The notes under the pieces: model-generated
Seen by the model: the letters and a program-made list of their open reading frames with translations, nothing else
The model's database searches: none
What the model was told of the DNA's origin: nothing
Made by a program: the position numbers and the translations under genes
Assembly (NCBI GenBank): GCA_032128375.1
Contig: JAQBGU010000188.1
Location: 32,001-96,000, forward strand
Length of the DNA stretch: 64,000 bases
Origin: Deltaproteobacteria bacterium
Lineage (GTDB): Bacteria; Myxococcota_A; UBA9160; SMWR01
Direction: 5' to 3'
Part shown: one piece after another, positions 1 to 9,583 of the stretch
How positions within the stretch are numbered: the stretch's first letter is position 1
Layout of the letters: each line of letters begins with the position of its first letter

Positions 1-243
1 CTCGGACACCGAATAACGCAGCGATGCGGCTATGCCCTTCAGTCCAGGCTCTGTAGTCCACGATCCAGCTTGTTTCGGCGAGACTGGAACAGCAGCAGAC
101 GCACCCACACCGCCGATGACATCACCTCCACAGACCTGATCGACTTCGAATCCGAGTTTGCGCCAGGTCTCGCAGATGGAGTCGATCTTCCTGCTCTTGC
201 GCGCCGAATAGGCGCTGCGGTCTGAACGGATATAGAGAATCAT
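1..243 (-). CDS. 5' part of a gene running off the left edge; probable GT4-family glycosyltransferase N-terminus
   Basis: Not in the ORF track. Read manually: ATG at 243 after GAAGAGGG, open to base 1: MILYIRSDRSAYSARKSRKIDSICETWRKLGFEVDQVCGG..., resembling GT-B N-terminal strand-helix-G.eV patterns; polysaccharide-locus context. Confidence 0.55.
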   Translation of the reverse strand, partial: MILYIRSDRSAYSARKSRKIDSICETWRKLGFEVDQVCGGDVIGGVGASAAVPVSPKQAGSWTTEPGLKGIAASLRYSVSE

Positions 244-424
244 CGTTGCCCTCTTCGACGAGTCTACTGAGCGCTTGACCGCTGTCGACTCGATCCGCAA
301 CTCGTTCCGGAACTTTGTCCACACAGCCGTTCACATTAGGCAGAGAGTACGAGCGCTGTCGCGGTGTTCGCGATTCGACCGGCGACGCCGCGTGAACTAG
401 GCTTCGAGCGGGGGTGAAATCCGC

Positions 425-3400
425 TTGATGGACCGCAGACCCGCAGTCGTCAATCCACGCTCATGGTTCGGGGCGCTGATTTTCTGGGTGGCTCTATCGA
501 GCCATGCACACGACGGACATCCGACTCTCAACAGCACCCCCGAGCAGGAAGATGCGACAAGCTTCGACGATCTACGAGTCCCCCTGCTCCCGGTTCCTAC
601 CGAATGGGCGTTCAATGACACCTGGAAGATGCGCAAGATCGGCGCGAATGAATTCTACTTCGTCGAGAACGGTCCGTTTGCGCGCATGCAAGCAAACTCT
701 CAACCAAATCTGCACCGCTCACTGTACGAAACGGGAATCTTGCAGCGCGCGATCCCTGGATTTCTCGATATGCGATACCTCTCGCTGATCGGGGAACTCT
801 CGGGCGCGAATCCAGCTGAACGGCCGGTGCTCGAAGAATACATCGCGAATCAGTGGCCGATCTGGTCGATTTCGTATGCGACGGCTCGAGATCTGGCCAT
901 GCCTGGCCGAAGTTCCTTTGACACGATGGGCGACCTTTGGGTCGGCGACGGCTCGACGGAGTACATGACCTACCGACTCGATGGAGTCGTCAATTACATG
1001 CGCTCGGCGAAGATCGGATCATTTTCTTCCTCTGTCGACACCCATGCGGACTCATGGGCGCGTTACATGGAAAATTCGCTCATTCCTGAACTGAGGAAGG
1101 TGCTCCCGGCGGCCGTGAACCCGAAATCGTTCGATCGGCAGGTTCTCTGGACACACTCGGACGCACGAACGCTGAGCAACGCATTCATGAGGACTTACTT
1201 CGAAAAAATCGGGAGGCCAATCGCGTGGGGGGGCTACCTGTCGCCCTATTACCTCGCGATGATGCCAGAGAACAGAGCAGTCGGTGAGCGCAATTCCGAT
1301 CCTCTCTACACCGCCCGTGCCCGCGGAATCATGCGAAGCGCTGGGGGCGACAAATTTCATATGAGCTGGCAGACGAGCGAGGAGGTCGCACGTTGGATGG
1401 GTCACAACGCAGAAAACGGTGTGATCCCGGCCCGTAACGAAGCCCATGGCTACAACCTCAATCACATCCGCAACATGATGTGGCGACCTTTTCTGACCGG
1501 TGTGCAGTACTTCATTTTTCACCGGGCGCCGATCGGATTGATCAACGACGTCGAGCAGGACGGCCACCATGAAATCAACGCGATCGGGGAGACGTTCCAC
1601 GACATCATGGATATGGCTGAGAACTTGCCGGACCGCGGCGTCGCGGTGGCATCGGTCGGATTACTGCTGGACGGCGATCGCAACATCTCTTCGTTTCAAC
1701 ACCGACCCACCGAAAGCTACATCGGACTCCAGACGAAAATCGACGCCGCAGACTTCATGATCAATGGCCTTCTCTCCGATCTATTCCCCGTGCACAGCGC
1801 CACGGCCGGCTACGGACTGCCTAACCGGTATGCGCCGTACGGGGAAATTTTCGACATCCTTTCTCCGAATCAGAGGGGAGTGCCGGTTTCACCCGAAACG
1901 CTCGCGAATTACAAAGTGCTTTTCGACATGGGTGGTCTCCAGGTCGACGCCCAGTACGCGCGCGTACTCGAGGATTATGTCCGAACAGGCGGCGCACTCT
2001 TGATGAATGCTGCGGACCTGGGCGATCACCTGAATCCGGCCTTCTTCGGTGTCTCGCTATCGAGAGAATCGCGAAAGGGCAATCGGGTCGTGAGCGTTCG
2101 AGATGGGCGCAATTTTGACGAGGCGACCTTCAGCTACGATTCGCTTGCTCCGAACGGGGCCGAGGTTCTCTACACTGTCGATGGTCATCCATTCGTAACG
2201 CTCCATCGAGTTGGCCGAGGCCACGCGATGCTGGCTGCCAGCCCGCTGATCCAGGACGCAAGCGTCAAGGACCGCCGATCCGAACTTGCGCCAACATTCA
2301 ACAATCGCCCGCTGTTGAAGATGGTCCCCCATTTGATGGACCAGCTGACTGCCGGGACGATGCCAATCGAACTTCGCTGTGCACCCGAGCACCGCAAGGA
2401 CTTGACTTGGTGGGTGCACAAGAAGGAAGCATCGTGGCTGGTATTCGTGCAGAACTACAACCAGAACCTGCGCTTCGAGCGCCGCGGCGGGACCCTTTTC
2501 AACATCATCGGAGACTACGAGTTCGAGCCGATCGAATACGAATTGGTGAGTCAGGTTCCGGTCGCCGACGTCGTGGATCTCTACGGTCGCAGGAACATCC
2601 CATTCGAGAAGCGAGCGGGCCTGACGGTAGCGACTGACTACGCGCGCTGGGGCGACGTCCGGATTTACGAATTTTCCGCAAAACCGATCGAGTTGACGAG
2701 AAGCCGCTTCGTCAACTACGCCGAGGACCGGCCGGTTCGCGCCTCTGGAACGCTGGTACTGCCAATCCACAAGCCGAAGCCGGACGACGCCAGGACGCAG
2801 CGCTACTCACCTCGTCTGGCCGTCGACGGAAGCTTCGACAACCGCCGATTCTGGCAGTCGGGCCGGGGACTCGATCGCAAAGAGCGCGACTGGCACAAGA
2901 CACTTCCGCTTCCTGCATGGCTCGAAGTCGATCTCGAGCAGACCCGCGTCGTTGATCACGCGACGATCCAGTTCCATCATCGACCGATCCAGGACTCGCC
3001 CGACATGGTGCCGACGATCATCCGCTACACGATCGAAGTATCCAAGAATGGTCGAAGTTGGACAGCGGTCGTCGACGAATCCGCGAACGCCAAGCCGCTG
3101 CGACGGCGCGCAGTCACAAAATGGTTCGATCCGATCGACGCACGTTATGCGCGCATCACAGTACTCGCGAACTCAGACCGTCGCGGAGCCCAGGTCGTCG
3201 AATTCAGCATTCATGGAAGTGACCGGGAGAGCTTCGTCGCGCAAAGGACATCACCCTGGCCGCCCGAACGCCCGTGGTTACCGATCGAGGTACAGAACTG
3301 GCCGGCCTCGCGGCAGGTCTATCTGGCCGACGGGGAGCCGATCTCCGTGAAGGACCGGGGTGGAAAGCGACAGCAGCGCCAGTTCCCGGAACAAACCATC

Positions 3401-3742
3401 CGCGCAGACTATGACTCGATGTGGGGTGGTCATCGCTACGAGAAGGTGCTCGATGTCTCCGCTCCGCATGAAGTGAGCTACGCAATCGCCGACAACGCGC
3501 AACTCTTCGTCGCGGTCGGTGGGTTTACGCGCTTATACGCCGACCGACCCGGCGTGATCTATCGGGTCTTCGTAGACGGGCAGAAGCGCTTCGATTCCGG
3601 CGAATACTATGGCTTCGATGCACTTCCCATTGTCGTCGATGTTCATGGCGCGCGCACATTGAGGGTTGTCGTCGACGACATGCAAGACGGAGCCAGTGCG
3701 CATGAGGCATTGCTGGCCACGCCCCGCTTCCTGCTGAAATAG
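425..3742 (+). CDS. Secreted multidomain carbohydrate-active protein: unassigned N-terminal catalytic region, GH42-like trimerisation domain, F5/8 type C (CBM32-like) and C-terminal NPCBM/NEW2 (CBM51-like) modules
   Basis: Signal peptide ending SSHA; YKVL...LEDYVRTGGALL; AVDG...FWQS...WLEVDL...ARYARITV...VVEFSIHG; C-terminal VIYRVFVDGQKRFDSG...VDVHGARTLRVVV. Confidence 0.75.
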   Translation: MMDRRPAVVNPRSWFGALIFWVALSSHAHDGHPTLNSTPEQEDATSFDDLRVPLLPVPTEWAFNDTWKMRKIGANEFYFVENGPFARMQANSQPNLHRSLYETGILQRAIPGFLDMRYLSLIGELSGANPAERPVLEEYIANQWPIWSISYATARDLAMPGRSSFDTMGDLWVGDGSTEYMTYRLDGVVNYMRSAKIGSFSSSVDTHADSWARYMENSLIPELRKVLPAAVNPKSFDRQVLWTHSDARTLSNAFMRTYFEKIGRPIAWGGYLSPYYLAMMPENRAVGERNSDPLYTARARGIMRSAGGDKFHMSWQTSEEVARWMGHNAENGVIPARNEAHGYNLNHIRNMMWRPFLTGVQYFIFHRAPIGLINDVEQDGHHEINAIGETFHDIMDMAENLPDRGVAVASVGLLLDGDRNISSFQHRPTESYIGLQTKIDAADFMINGLLSDLFPVHSATAGYGLPNRYAPYGEIFDILSPNQRGVPVSPETLANYKVLFDMGGLQVDAQYARVLEDYVRTGGALLMNAADLGDHLNPAFFGVSLSRESRKGNRVVSVRDGRNFDEATFSYDSLAPNGAEVLYTVDGHPFVTLHRVGRGHAMLAASPLIQDASVKDRRSELAPTFNNRPLLKMVPHLMDQLTAGTMPIELRCAPEHRKDLTWWVHKKEASWLVFVQNYNQNLRFERRGGTLFNIIGDYEFEPIEYELVSQVPVADVVDLYGRRNIPFEKRAGLTVATDYARWGDVRIYEFSAKPIELTRSRFVNYAEDRPVRASGTLVLPIHKPKPDDARTQRYSPRLAVDGSFDNRRFWQSGRGLDRKERDWHKTLPLPAWLEVDLEQTRVVDHATIQFHHRPIQDSPDMVPTIIRYTIEVSKNGRSWTAVVDESANAKPLRRRAVTKWFDPIDARYARITVLANSDRRGAQVVEFSIHGSDRESFVAQRTSPWPPERPWLPIEVQNWPASRQVYLADGEPISVKDRGGKRQQRQFPEQTIRADYDSMWGGHRYEKVLDVSAPHEVSYAIADNAQLFVAVGGFTRLYADRPGVIYRVFVDGQKRFDSGEYYGFDALPIVVDVHGARTLRVVVDDMQDGASAHEALLATPRFLLK

Positions 3743-3990
3743 CTTCCAGTGGCGCCCGTCCATCGTTTCAATCGGTCCACCACTCCAGACACCGCCCGAG
3801 CCGGGACTCCGGCGACCAGCCCAAGGTTGGACACCTCATGCTGTATCCGTCCTCGAGCCAAAGCAGCGGTTTTGAGATCGGCGGCGCGGCGCGACTATAT
3901 TTCCCCCAAAAAATGTCTCAGTTTCATATAGTCCTCATCTGTTCGCCGTATCAAAGTACGCAGCGAATATGACCTCCCCTGGGCCCGTGG

Positions 3991-5460
3991 ATGCTCTTCA
4001 ATTCGACTGAGTTCCTCTTCGCGTTTCTGCCGATCGTTCTCGTCGTCTTCATGTTGCTCGGGAAGTACTCCTCTGCCCGGGCCACGATCGCTTGGTTGCT
4101 CGGTGCGTCGCTGTTTTTCTACGGTTGGTGGAATCCCGCGTATCTGGTGCTGATCGGGGCATCGATCGGGTTCAACTATTCGATCGCACGGCTCTTGGAG
4201 CAGCGCCCGCGGCGCGGACTGTTGCTGTTGGGCGTGGGCGTCGACCTGCTGTCGATCGGCTACTTCAAATACGCAGGTTTCCTGGTCGACAACCTGAGTG
4301 CGCTGGCGGGTACGAACTGGGACATCGGGTACATCCTGTTACCGCTGGGTATCTCGTTCTTCACGTTTCAGCAGATCACCTATCTCGTCGACGTTTCCCG
4401 CGGCGACACTCCCGAACGCGACTTCTTGCGCTACGCGTTATTCGTCACCTTTTTCCCGCAACTGATCGCTGGTCCGATCGTGCACCACGGCGACATGCTG
4501 CCACAGTTTCGGCGATTCACGGAGCGCGTCGATTCGACACGCTGGCTTGCAATTGGCATGACGGTGTTCATCGTCGGCTTGTTCAAGAAGGTCGTCATCG
4601 CTGACGGAGTGGCGATCTGGGCCACGCCGGTGTTCGCGGCCGCTGACGAGGGGTTGACGCTGGGAGCGCTCGAGGCCTGGTGCGGCACTTTCGCCTACAC
4701 GTTCCAGCTGTACTTTGATTTCTCCGGCTATTCCGACATGGCCATCGGGCTTGGCTTGTTATTCGGCATCCGACTTCCGATCAACTTCAACTCGCCGTAT
4801 CGGGCCCACAGCATGATCGAATTTTGGCGCTGTTGGCACATGACATTGTCCCGCTTCCTTCGCGATTACGTCTATTTCCCGCTGGGCGGCAATCGCCACG
4901 GTTCCGGCCGCCGCTACGTGAACCTGATGCTCACTATGCTGATCGGAGGCCTTTGGCACGGGGCCGGGTGGAACTTCGTGCTGTGGGGCGGACTGCACGG
5001 CTTGTATCTGGTGGCGAATCACCTGTGGCGCGCGGCGCGCCCAAGCGCGATCGAGACCTACAAGAACCCGCTGACACGGTTCGCCTGCTGGGCATTCACG
5101 CTCGCGGCTGTTGCAATCGCGTGGGTGCCGTTTCGATCCGAGACCGCTGCCGGATCGACCGCGATCCTTCACGCGCTGACCGGCGCGACGGGACTCAGCA
5201 TGAACGATCCCGATCTGTTCTTCGGGGCTCAAGAGATCGTAACGCTGCTCGGACTCGCGCTCGTCGTACGCGTACTCCCTAACGTGTACGAGATCATGCG
5301 CGAGCACGCACCCGAAATCCCGGCGGCCGGTGGGACGACGCGCGGCTGGCGATTGCGTTGGCAGGCGCGGCCCGCCTGGGCGGTGACGATAGGAATCATC
5401 GCAGGGCTGTCGCTGATCAGTCTTCACCGTGTTAGCGAGTTCCTCTACTTTCAGTTTTAG
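3991..5460 (+). CDS. MBOAT family O-acyltransferase (AlgI/PatA-type)
   Basis: MLFNS.EF start, LPLGISFFTFQ, FFPQLIAGPI, QLYFDFSGYSDMAIG, FWRCWHMTLSRFLRDYVY, GLWHGA, C-terminal FLYFQF. Confidence 0.95.
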   Translation: MLFNSTEFLFAFLPIVLVVFMLLGKYSSARATIAWLLGASLFFYGWWNPAYLVLIGASIGFNYSIARLLEQRPRRGLLLLGVGVDLLSIGYFKYAGFLVDNLSALAGTNWDIGYILLPLGISFFTFQQITYLVDVSRGDTPERDFLRYALFVTFFPQLIAGPIVHHGDMLPQFRRFTERVDSTRWLAIGMTVFIVGLFKKVVIADGVAIWATPVFAAADEGLTLGALEAWCGTFAYTFQLYFDFSGYSDMAIGLGLLFGIRLPINFNSPYRAHSMIEFWRCWHMTLSRFLRDYVYFPLGGNRHGSGRRYVNLMLTMLIGGLWHGAGWNFVLWGGLHGLYLVANHLWRAARPSAIETYKNPLTRFACWAFTLAAVAIAWVPFRSETAAGSTAILHALTGATGLSMNDPDLFFGAQEIVTLLGLALVVRVLPNVYEIMREHAPEIPAAGGTTRGWRLRWQARPAWAVTIGIIAGLSLISLHRVSEFLYFQF

Positions 5461-5507
5461 GTTCTCTTGGGTATCCGAGTGAAGGTTCCATCGAAGTCGA
5501 GTTCCTT

Positions 5508-6578
5508 GTGGGGATCGGATTGACCAACCGCGACACACGCTATCTGCTGCTCACCGGGATGACTGCCGGCGCGCTCGTTGCTGTGACGATGAGCATCAAC
5601 ATGCTCGTCGATCCGCTCTGGATGCTCGATGGTAATCAACTCGGTCTCAATTTCATGACGCGGGAACGTCTCGCCAAGGCCAATCTGTTCATGAGCCGCT
5701 CTGACGCGGTAGACTGCCTGATTCTGGGCAGCTCACGCGTGACGTTGCTGGACGCCGGGCGCATCGAAAGGCAGCACTGTTTCAACTTCGCGTTCTCCGG
5801 CGGATCAATGGAAGCCTACGTCGACTATGCGCGCTGGGTCGCACATTTTGGCGGCCCCATCGATCGGGTCATCGTCGGTGTCGACGGTTACAATCTCGGA
5901 CCCGATTCTCACGGGCCTGAGACGTACCACTTCATCCTCGCTCTCGAAGAGCCACCATCGATGCTCGAGGAGTATGCGAACCTGAGCATTCTGCGTGCAT
6001 CAGTACGCTCTGCGTTTGGCTACACAAAGTACCGTCGAGCGTACGACGCGGAATTCCGTGGGATCGTCTTGGACGATGCACCCGTCTACGAACCACCGGA
6101 AAATATCGGCAAGAAGGATGCCCGCATGCCCCGCGAGATGCTCCGACATCTCGGACCCTTTTCCAATGAGGCCACACCTCGGCTCGAGCGACTGCGTTCA
6201 GTGTTTCCGGACTCTCGATACGTTGGCTACGCGCCGCCACTCCACCCGTCGTGGTTTGCACAGATGCGCGCGCAGGGAACTCTCGATGACTATATCGACG
6301 CGATCTACGCGGCGTCGCGGGTGTTCGACGCGTTCTACGACTTCGGTATTCCGCACGAGCTCAACGCCAACCCGGCCAACACCTACGACGGATCCCACTA
6401 CCACGAGCAGGTCAACGATCGAATCGCTCAGGTTCTGAACGGCGCCGACATCGGTTACGGCCTCGAAATCAAGGGACTCGAACGCGACGAGTACCGCGAG
6501 CTATTTCACAAAGCGCTCGACGCATACAGCGCCAATCGAGGTATCGGGAGGAATCGGGAAAATCCGGCCGGAGAGTAG
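5508..6578 (+). CDS. Membrane-anchored SGNH-like O-acetyltransferase partner of the MBOAT
   Basis: N-terminal TM helix, LILGSSR block I, FNFAFSGG, DGSHY (DxxH); directly downstream of the MBOAT gene. Confidence 0.7.
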   Translation: MGIGLTNRDTRYLLLTGMTAGALVAVTMSINMLVDPLWMLDGNQLGLNFMTRERLAKANLFMSRSDAVDCLILGSSRVTLLDAGRIERQHCFNFAFSGGSMEAYVDYARWVAHFGGPIDRVIVGVDGYNLGPDSHGPETYHFILALEEPPSMLEEYANLSILRASVRSAFGYTKYRRAYDAEFRGIVLDDAPVYEPPENIGKKDARMPREMLRHLGPFSNEATPRLERLRSVFPDSRYVGYAPPLHPSWFAQMRAQGTLDDYIDAIYAASRVFDAFYDFGIPHELNANPANTYDGSHYHEQVNDRIAQVLNGADIGYGLEIKGLERDEYRELFHKALDAYSANRGIGRNRENPAGE

Positions 6579-6639
6579 CCGAAGGCTGGCATCCTCGAAC
6601 AAGCTTGCCTGCAGGAGTTCCACTTCGTAGCTTCTCTCC

Positions 6640-7824
6640 ATGCGAACTCTCATCGTAGGAGGAGAATACATAGAGATCGGTTCCGACATCTATGTACCCG
6701 AGCGATGCTGGCGCATGGTTCGGATCTTCTCCGACTGTTTCGCACAGCCTGTCTTCGCGCGCCGGAAGATCGAGTCGACCGACCGGGCGCTCTTTTCCGC
6801 CCGACTTCCGTCCGACGCGGTACTCGATCCCCTCACACCACTGATCCATCGAAGGCCCTGGCAGCTCGCGCTTCCGGATCGCGATTGGAACCGGTCCTGG
6901 TACGAGCGAATGATCTCAGAGGTCGATGCGGTTTATTGCCGGTTCCCGAGCTGGGAAGGCATGCGCCTGTACGAGATCGCGCGCGAGCAAAACAAGATCG
7001 TACTCGCTTCCATTCACGGCGACTGGCCAGGCGTCTACCGACACCTGGCGCGCGGCGTATCGTTCCCGCGCAATTGGCTCTTCGCTCGGCTGAGTCGGGT
7101 AAGTCACATATCGATGCTGCGTGTGGCCGAGACCTCGCGCGTGCTTTTTTGCGTCGGTCAGCTGCTCTATGACCAATACGGCATCGCGGCACCCGCGGCA
7201 GTCAACTTCGCCAACTACCTGCATCGAGCAAGCGATTTGCGCCAACGCGACGATACCTGTCGCACCCCGCCCTACCGGATCCTGTTCGTCGGCCAACTCG
7301 AGAGCCGAAAGGGCGTCGAGTATCTGATCCGTGCGGCCGCCCGTGTGCGCGATTCGGGAATCGACATCGAGGTTTCGCTGGTAGGATCGGGAGAAGAGCA
7401 ACCCGGACTCTCTCGGCTGGCCGACAGTGTCGGACTGGGTGACGCCATTCGATTTCATGGTTATGTGCCGTTCGGCCGCAAACTGCTCGACCTCTACGGT
7501 GAATCCGACCTCTTCGTCCTTCCGGCCGTCGCGGGCGAAGGTCTCCCTAAGGTGCTCGTGGAGGCCATGAGCCAGGGCGTGCCGGTGATCGCGACCAACG
7601 TAGGTTCGAGCCGTTACGCAATCGAACAGTCCGGAGCTGGACTACTCGTTGAACCGCGCGACGAAGTCGGCCTCGCCGAAGCCATACGGAAACTGATCTC
7701 CGAAACCCCATTGCGACGCGAGCTGATTCGGGCCGGCCTCGACTACGCCGCGCGCATGACGCTGGGCCACCAGCAACGAGTCGTGTCTGACGCGTTGGCT
7801 GAGTACGTGCCAGAGCTTCTCTAA
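6640..7824 (+). CDS. Glycosyltransferase family 4
   Basis: ILFVGQLESRKG and EGLPKVLVEAMSQGVPVIAT motifs. Confidence 0.92.
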   Translation: MRTLIVGGEYIEIGSDIYVPERCWRMVRIFSDCFAQPVFARRKIESTDRALFSARLPSDAVLDPLTPLIHRRPWQLALPDRDWNRSWYERMISEVDAVYCRFPSWEGMRLYEIAREQNKIVLASIHGDWPGVYRHLARGVSFPRNWLFARLSRVSHISMLRVAETSRVLFCVGQLLYDQYGIAAPAAVNFANYLHRASDLRQRDDTCRTPPYRILFVGQLESRKGVEYLIRAAARVRDSGIDIEVSLVGSGEEQPGLSRLADSVGLGDAIRFHGYVPFGRKLLDLYGESDLFVLPAVAGEGLPKVLVEAMSQGVPVIATNVGSSRYAIEQSGAGLLVEPRDEVGLAEAIRKLISETPLRRELIRAGLDYAARMTLGHQQRVVSDALAEYVPELL

Positions 7825-7859
7825 CTGGCTGCGGAGATCCGAACAGCCGCCCGCGAGGA

Positions 7860-7914
7860 GTCTGCGCGGTGGAACGCCAGCTCTGGCGTGCAGGCGACGA
7901 CGGTGAAGAATTCG
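7860..7914 (+). repeat. Dispersed REP/MITE-like intergenic repeat, copy A
   Basis: 51/55 identical to the reverse complement of 62329-62383; internal palindrome ACGCCAG-CT-CTGGCGT. Confidence 0.85.
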
Positions 7915-7921
7915 ATGAAGC

Positions 7922-9352
7922 CTAGCGCCCGTCGATCGACCTGATCCCCGAAGGCGGCAGGTGACGGGACATATCGAAACCTCGTTTCATCACGAGGTTC
8001 ACAGCCACGTGGGCGTACACCAGCAACTCGCGCCAGCGCGGCAGCCAGGCCCGGATCGAACGCAGGGTCACGAGGCGTCGCAACGGCAGCATCTCGTATT
8101 CGTAGAAATTGAAGAACAGGTTCAACACAGTCAGCAAAGGCTTTTTCTCGGACGTCACCCGATATCGAACGCGCTTGCTGATCGCTAGATGGGTAAACAG
8201 ATCTTTCGCCATGCAATGCCGCATGATGGCCACAGCCGTGTGGATCTGAATCGGATGGTCGCGATCTGCGTACGAGTCGAGTTCGCGAACCGTCTTCTGG
8301 AAAAAGTCCACTTCGAAAAGAAACTTCCGCTCGCCGGCCGCCAATACATAGAGCACGGGGTTGGACCGATACATGCGACGCACGAACCAGGGCATCGCGC
8401 GAAATAGCCCCGAAAAATACCGCTCGAGCGGCTTGAGCGTCATCGTTGCGCGTGCTTCGCGCTCATAGGTCTGCTCGAGCTTTTCCTTTTTCTGTTCCGC
8501 GTAGCTTTCCAGGTGGGCCTGACGGTTCGAGAAGAAATCATGGTCCTGCAGCCCGAAACCATCATCGCTAGTCCACGTGTCTCCAGCCACCATGGGATAG
8601 ACCCGGGGTGTGGCGATGCCGTGATCCTCGAAATACTCCTTGACCATCAATGGTGTTGTCGCTTTGTCGTTGAAATGGAAGACTTCCCGGTGCAGGTAGC
8701 AATGATTGCTCGCGAATGGAATCGCGCATTCGGCACCGACCGCATGCACGAAAAGCGTAAAGTCGCGCACGTAGCTTCCCGGATCGTCGACCGGTGCGGC
8801 CGGGTCGTCCATGATTTCGTAGCACAGCCGCGAGTTCGCCGAACTGTGGCTGCGGAACACGAAATCGATCTTGGGATGGCGCTTCAAGAGCTGGTCGAGC
8901 GCCGCACCCATGATCTTGCAATCATTTGCATTCAGAAGAGTGCGGTCCTCGGTCTCGATCACCAGTGCGCTGTCGAGAAAGATATGAAAGTGGTAGCTCG
9001 TGATCTTGAAATTGTCTGAAAGCTGAAATGAATCACCGTGACCCAGTTCCACGATGTTGGTGAACCCCATATTGCGCAGATCCTCGAGCATCCGAGGACC
9101 CGGAGCGCGCGGTATGATGATCCGCGTGTCCCGTGAGAACCTCCGCAGCGATACGCCCTGAAAATGGTCCCAGTGGATGTGGGTCAGATAGATGGCATCG
9201 GGCGCCAGACGCGAGAACAACCCCGGTCGCACCGGCGGGTAGTTCCACCACGAGCGCCAATACGTACTGCCCGCGAGCCACGGGTCGCAAACCAAAGTGG
9301 TATCAGCCTGGGTGACAGACAGACCAGCGTGCGACAGGATTTCAAATCTCAT
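7922..9352 (-). CDS. Metallo-beta-lactamase fold protein, CMP-Neu5Ac hydroxylase (CMAH)-like/UlaG family, no Rieske domain
   Basis: SHAG, CDPWL.GS.YWRSWW, THIHWDH, DSALV, LNANDC, IPFAS; ATG 9352 preferred (GTG 9364 possible). Confidence 0.8.
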   Translation of the reverse strand: MRFEILSHAGLSVTQADTTLVCDPWLAGSTYWRSWWNYPPVRPGLFSRLAPDAIYLTHIHWDHFQGVSLRRFSRDTRIIIPRAPGPRMLEDLRNMGFTNIVELGHGDSFQLSDNFKITSYHFHIFLDSALVIETEDRTLLNANDCKIMGAALDQLLKRHPKIDFVFRSHSSANSRLCYEIMDDPAAPVDDPGSYVRDFTLFVHAVGAECAIPFASNHCYLHREVFHFNDKATTPLMVKEYFEDHGIATPRVYPMVAGDTWTSDDGFGLQDHDFFSNRQAHLESYAEQKKEKLEQTYEREARATMTLKPLERYFSGLFRAMPWFVRRMYRSNPVLYVLAAGERKFLFEVDFFQKTVRELDSYADRDHPIQIHTAVAIMRHCMAKDLFTHLAISKRVRYRVTSEKKPLLTVLNLFFNFYEYEMLPLRRLVTLRSIRAWLPRWRELLVYAHVAVNLVMKRGFDMSRHLPPSGIRSIDGR

Positions 9353-9583
9353 TCCGATTCGCACTCACTCCGCGGCCCGCTCAGGCGAAACTGACGACCG
9401 CGCATCCAAACGTGGAAACTGCTACCTCAGCACCTCGGGACGCATCGAGACGTTTCTAGCGAGACTCGAGTGTAACGGATCGCCGACGTCGGGTGGTCGC
9501 ATGCACGAACAGCATTTCCCGGGCGAACCCAGAGCGATCGGCCTATCCTCGCGACTTTTCGGCCACCCGAGTGCGAACCGAGC

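Noticed and set aside
122..334. 70-aa minus-strand ORF in the track
   Set aside because: A different frame (ATG 243 running off the edge) has an RBS and a more protein-like, GT-like sequence
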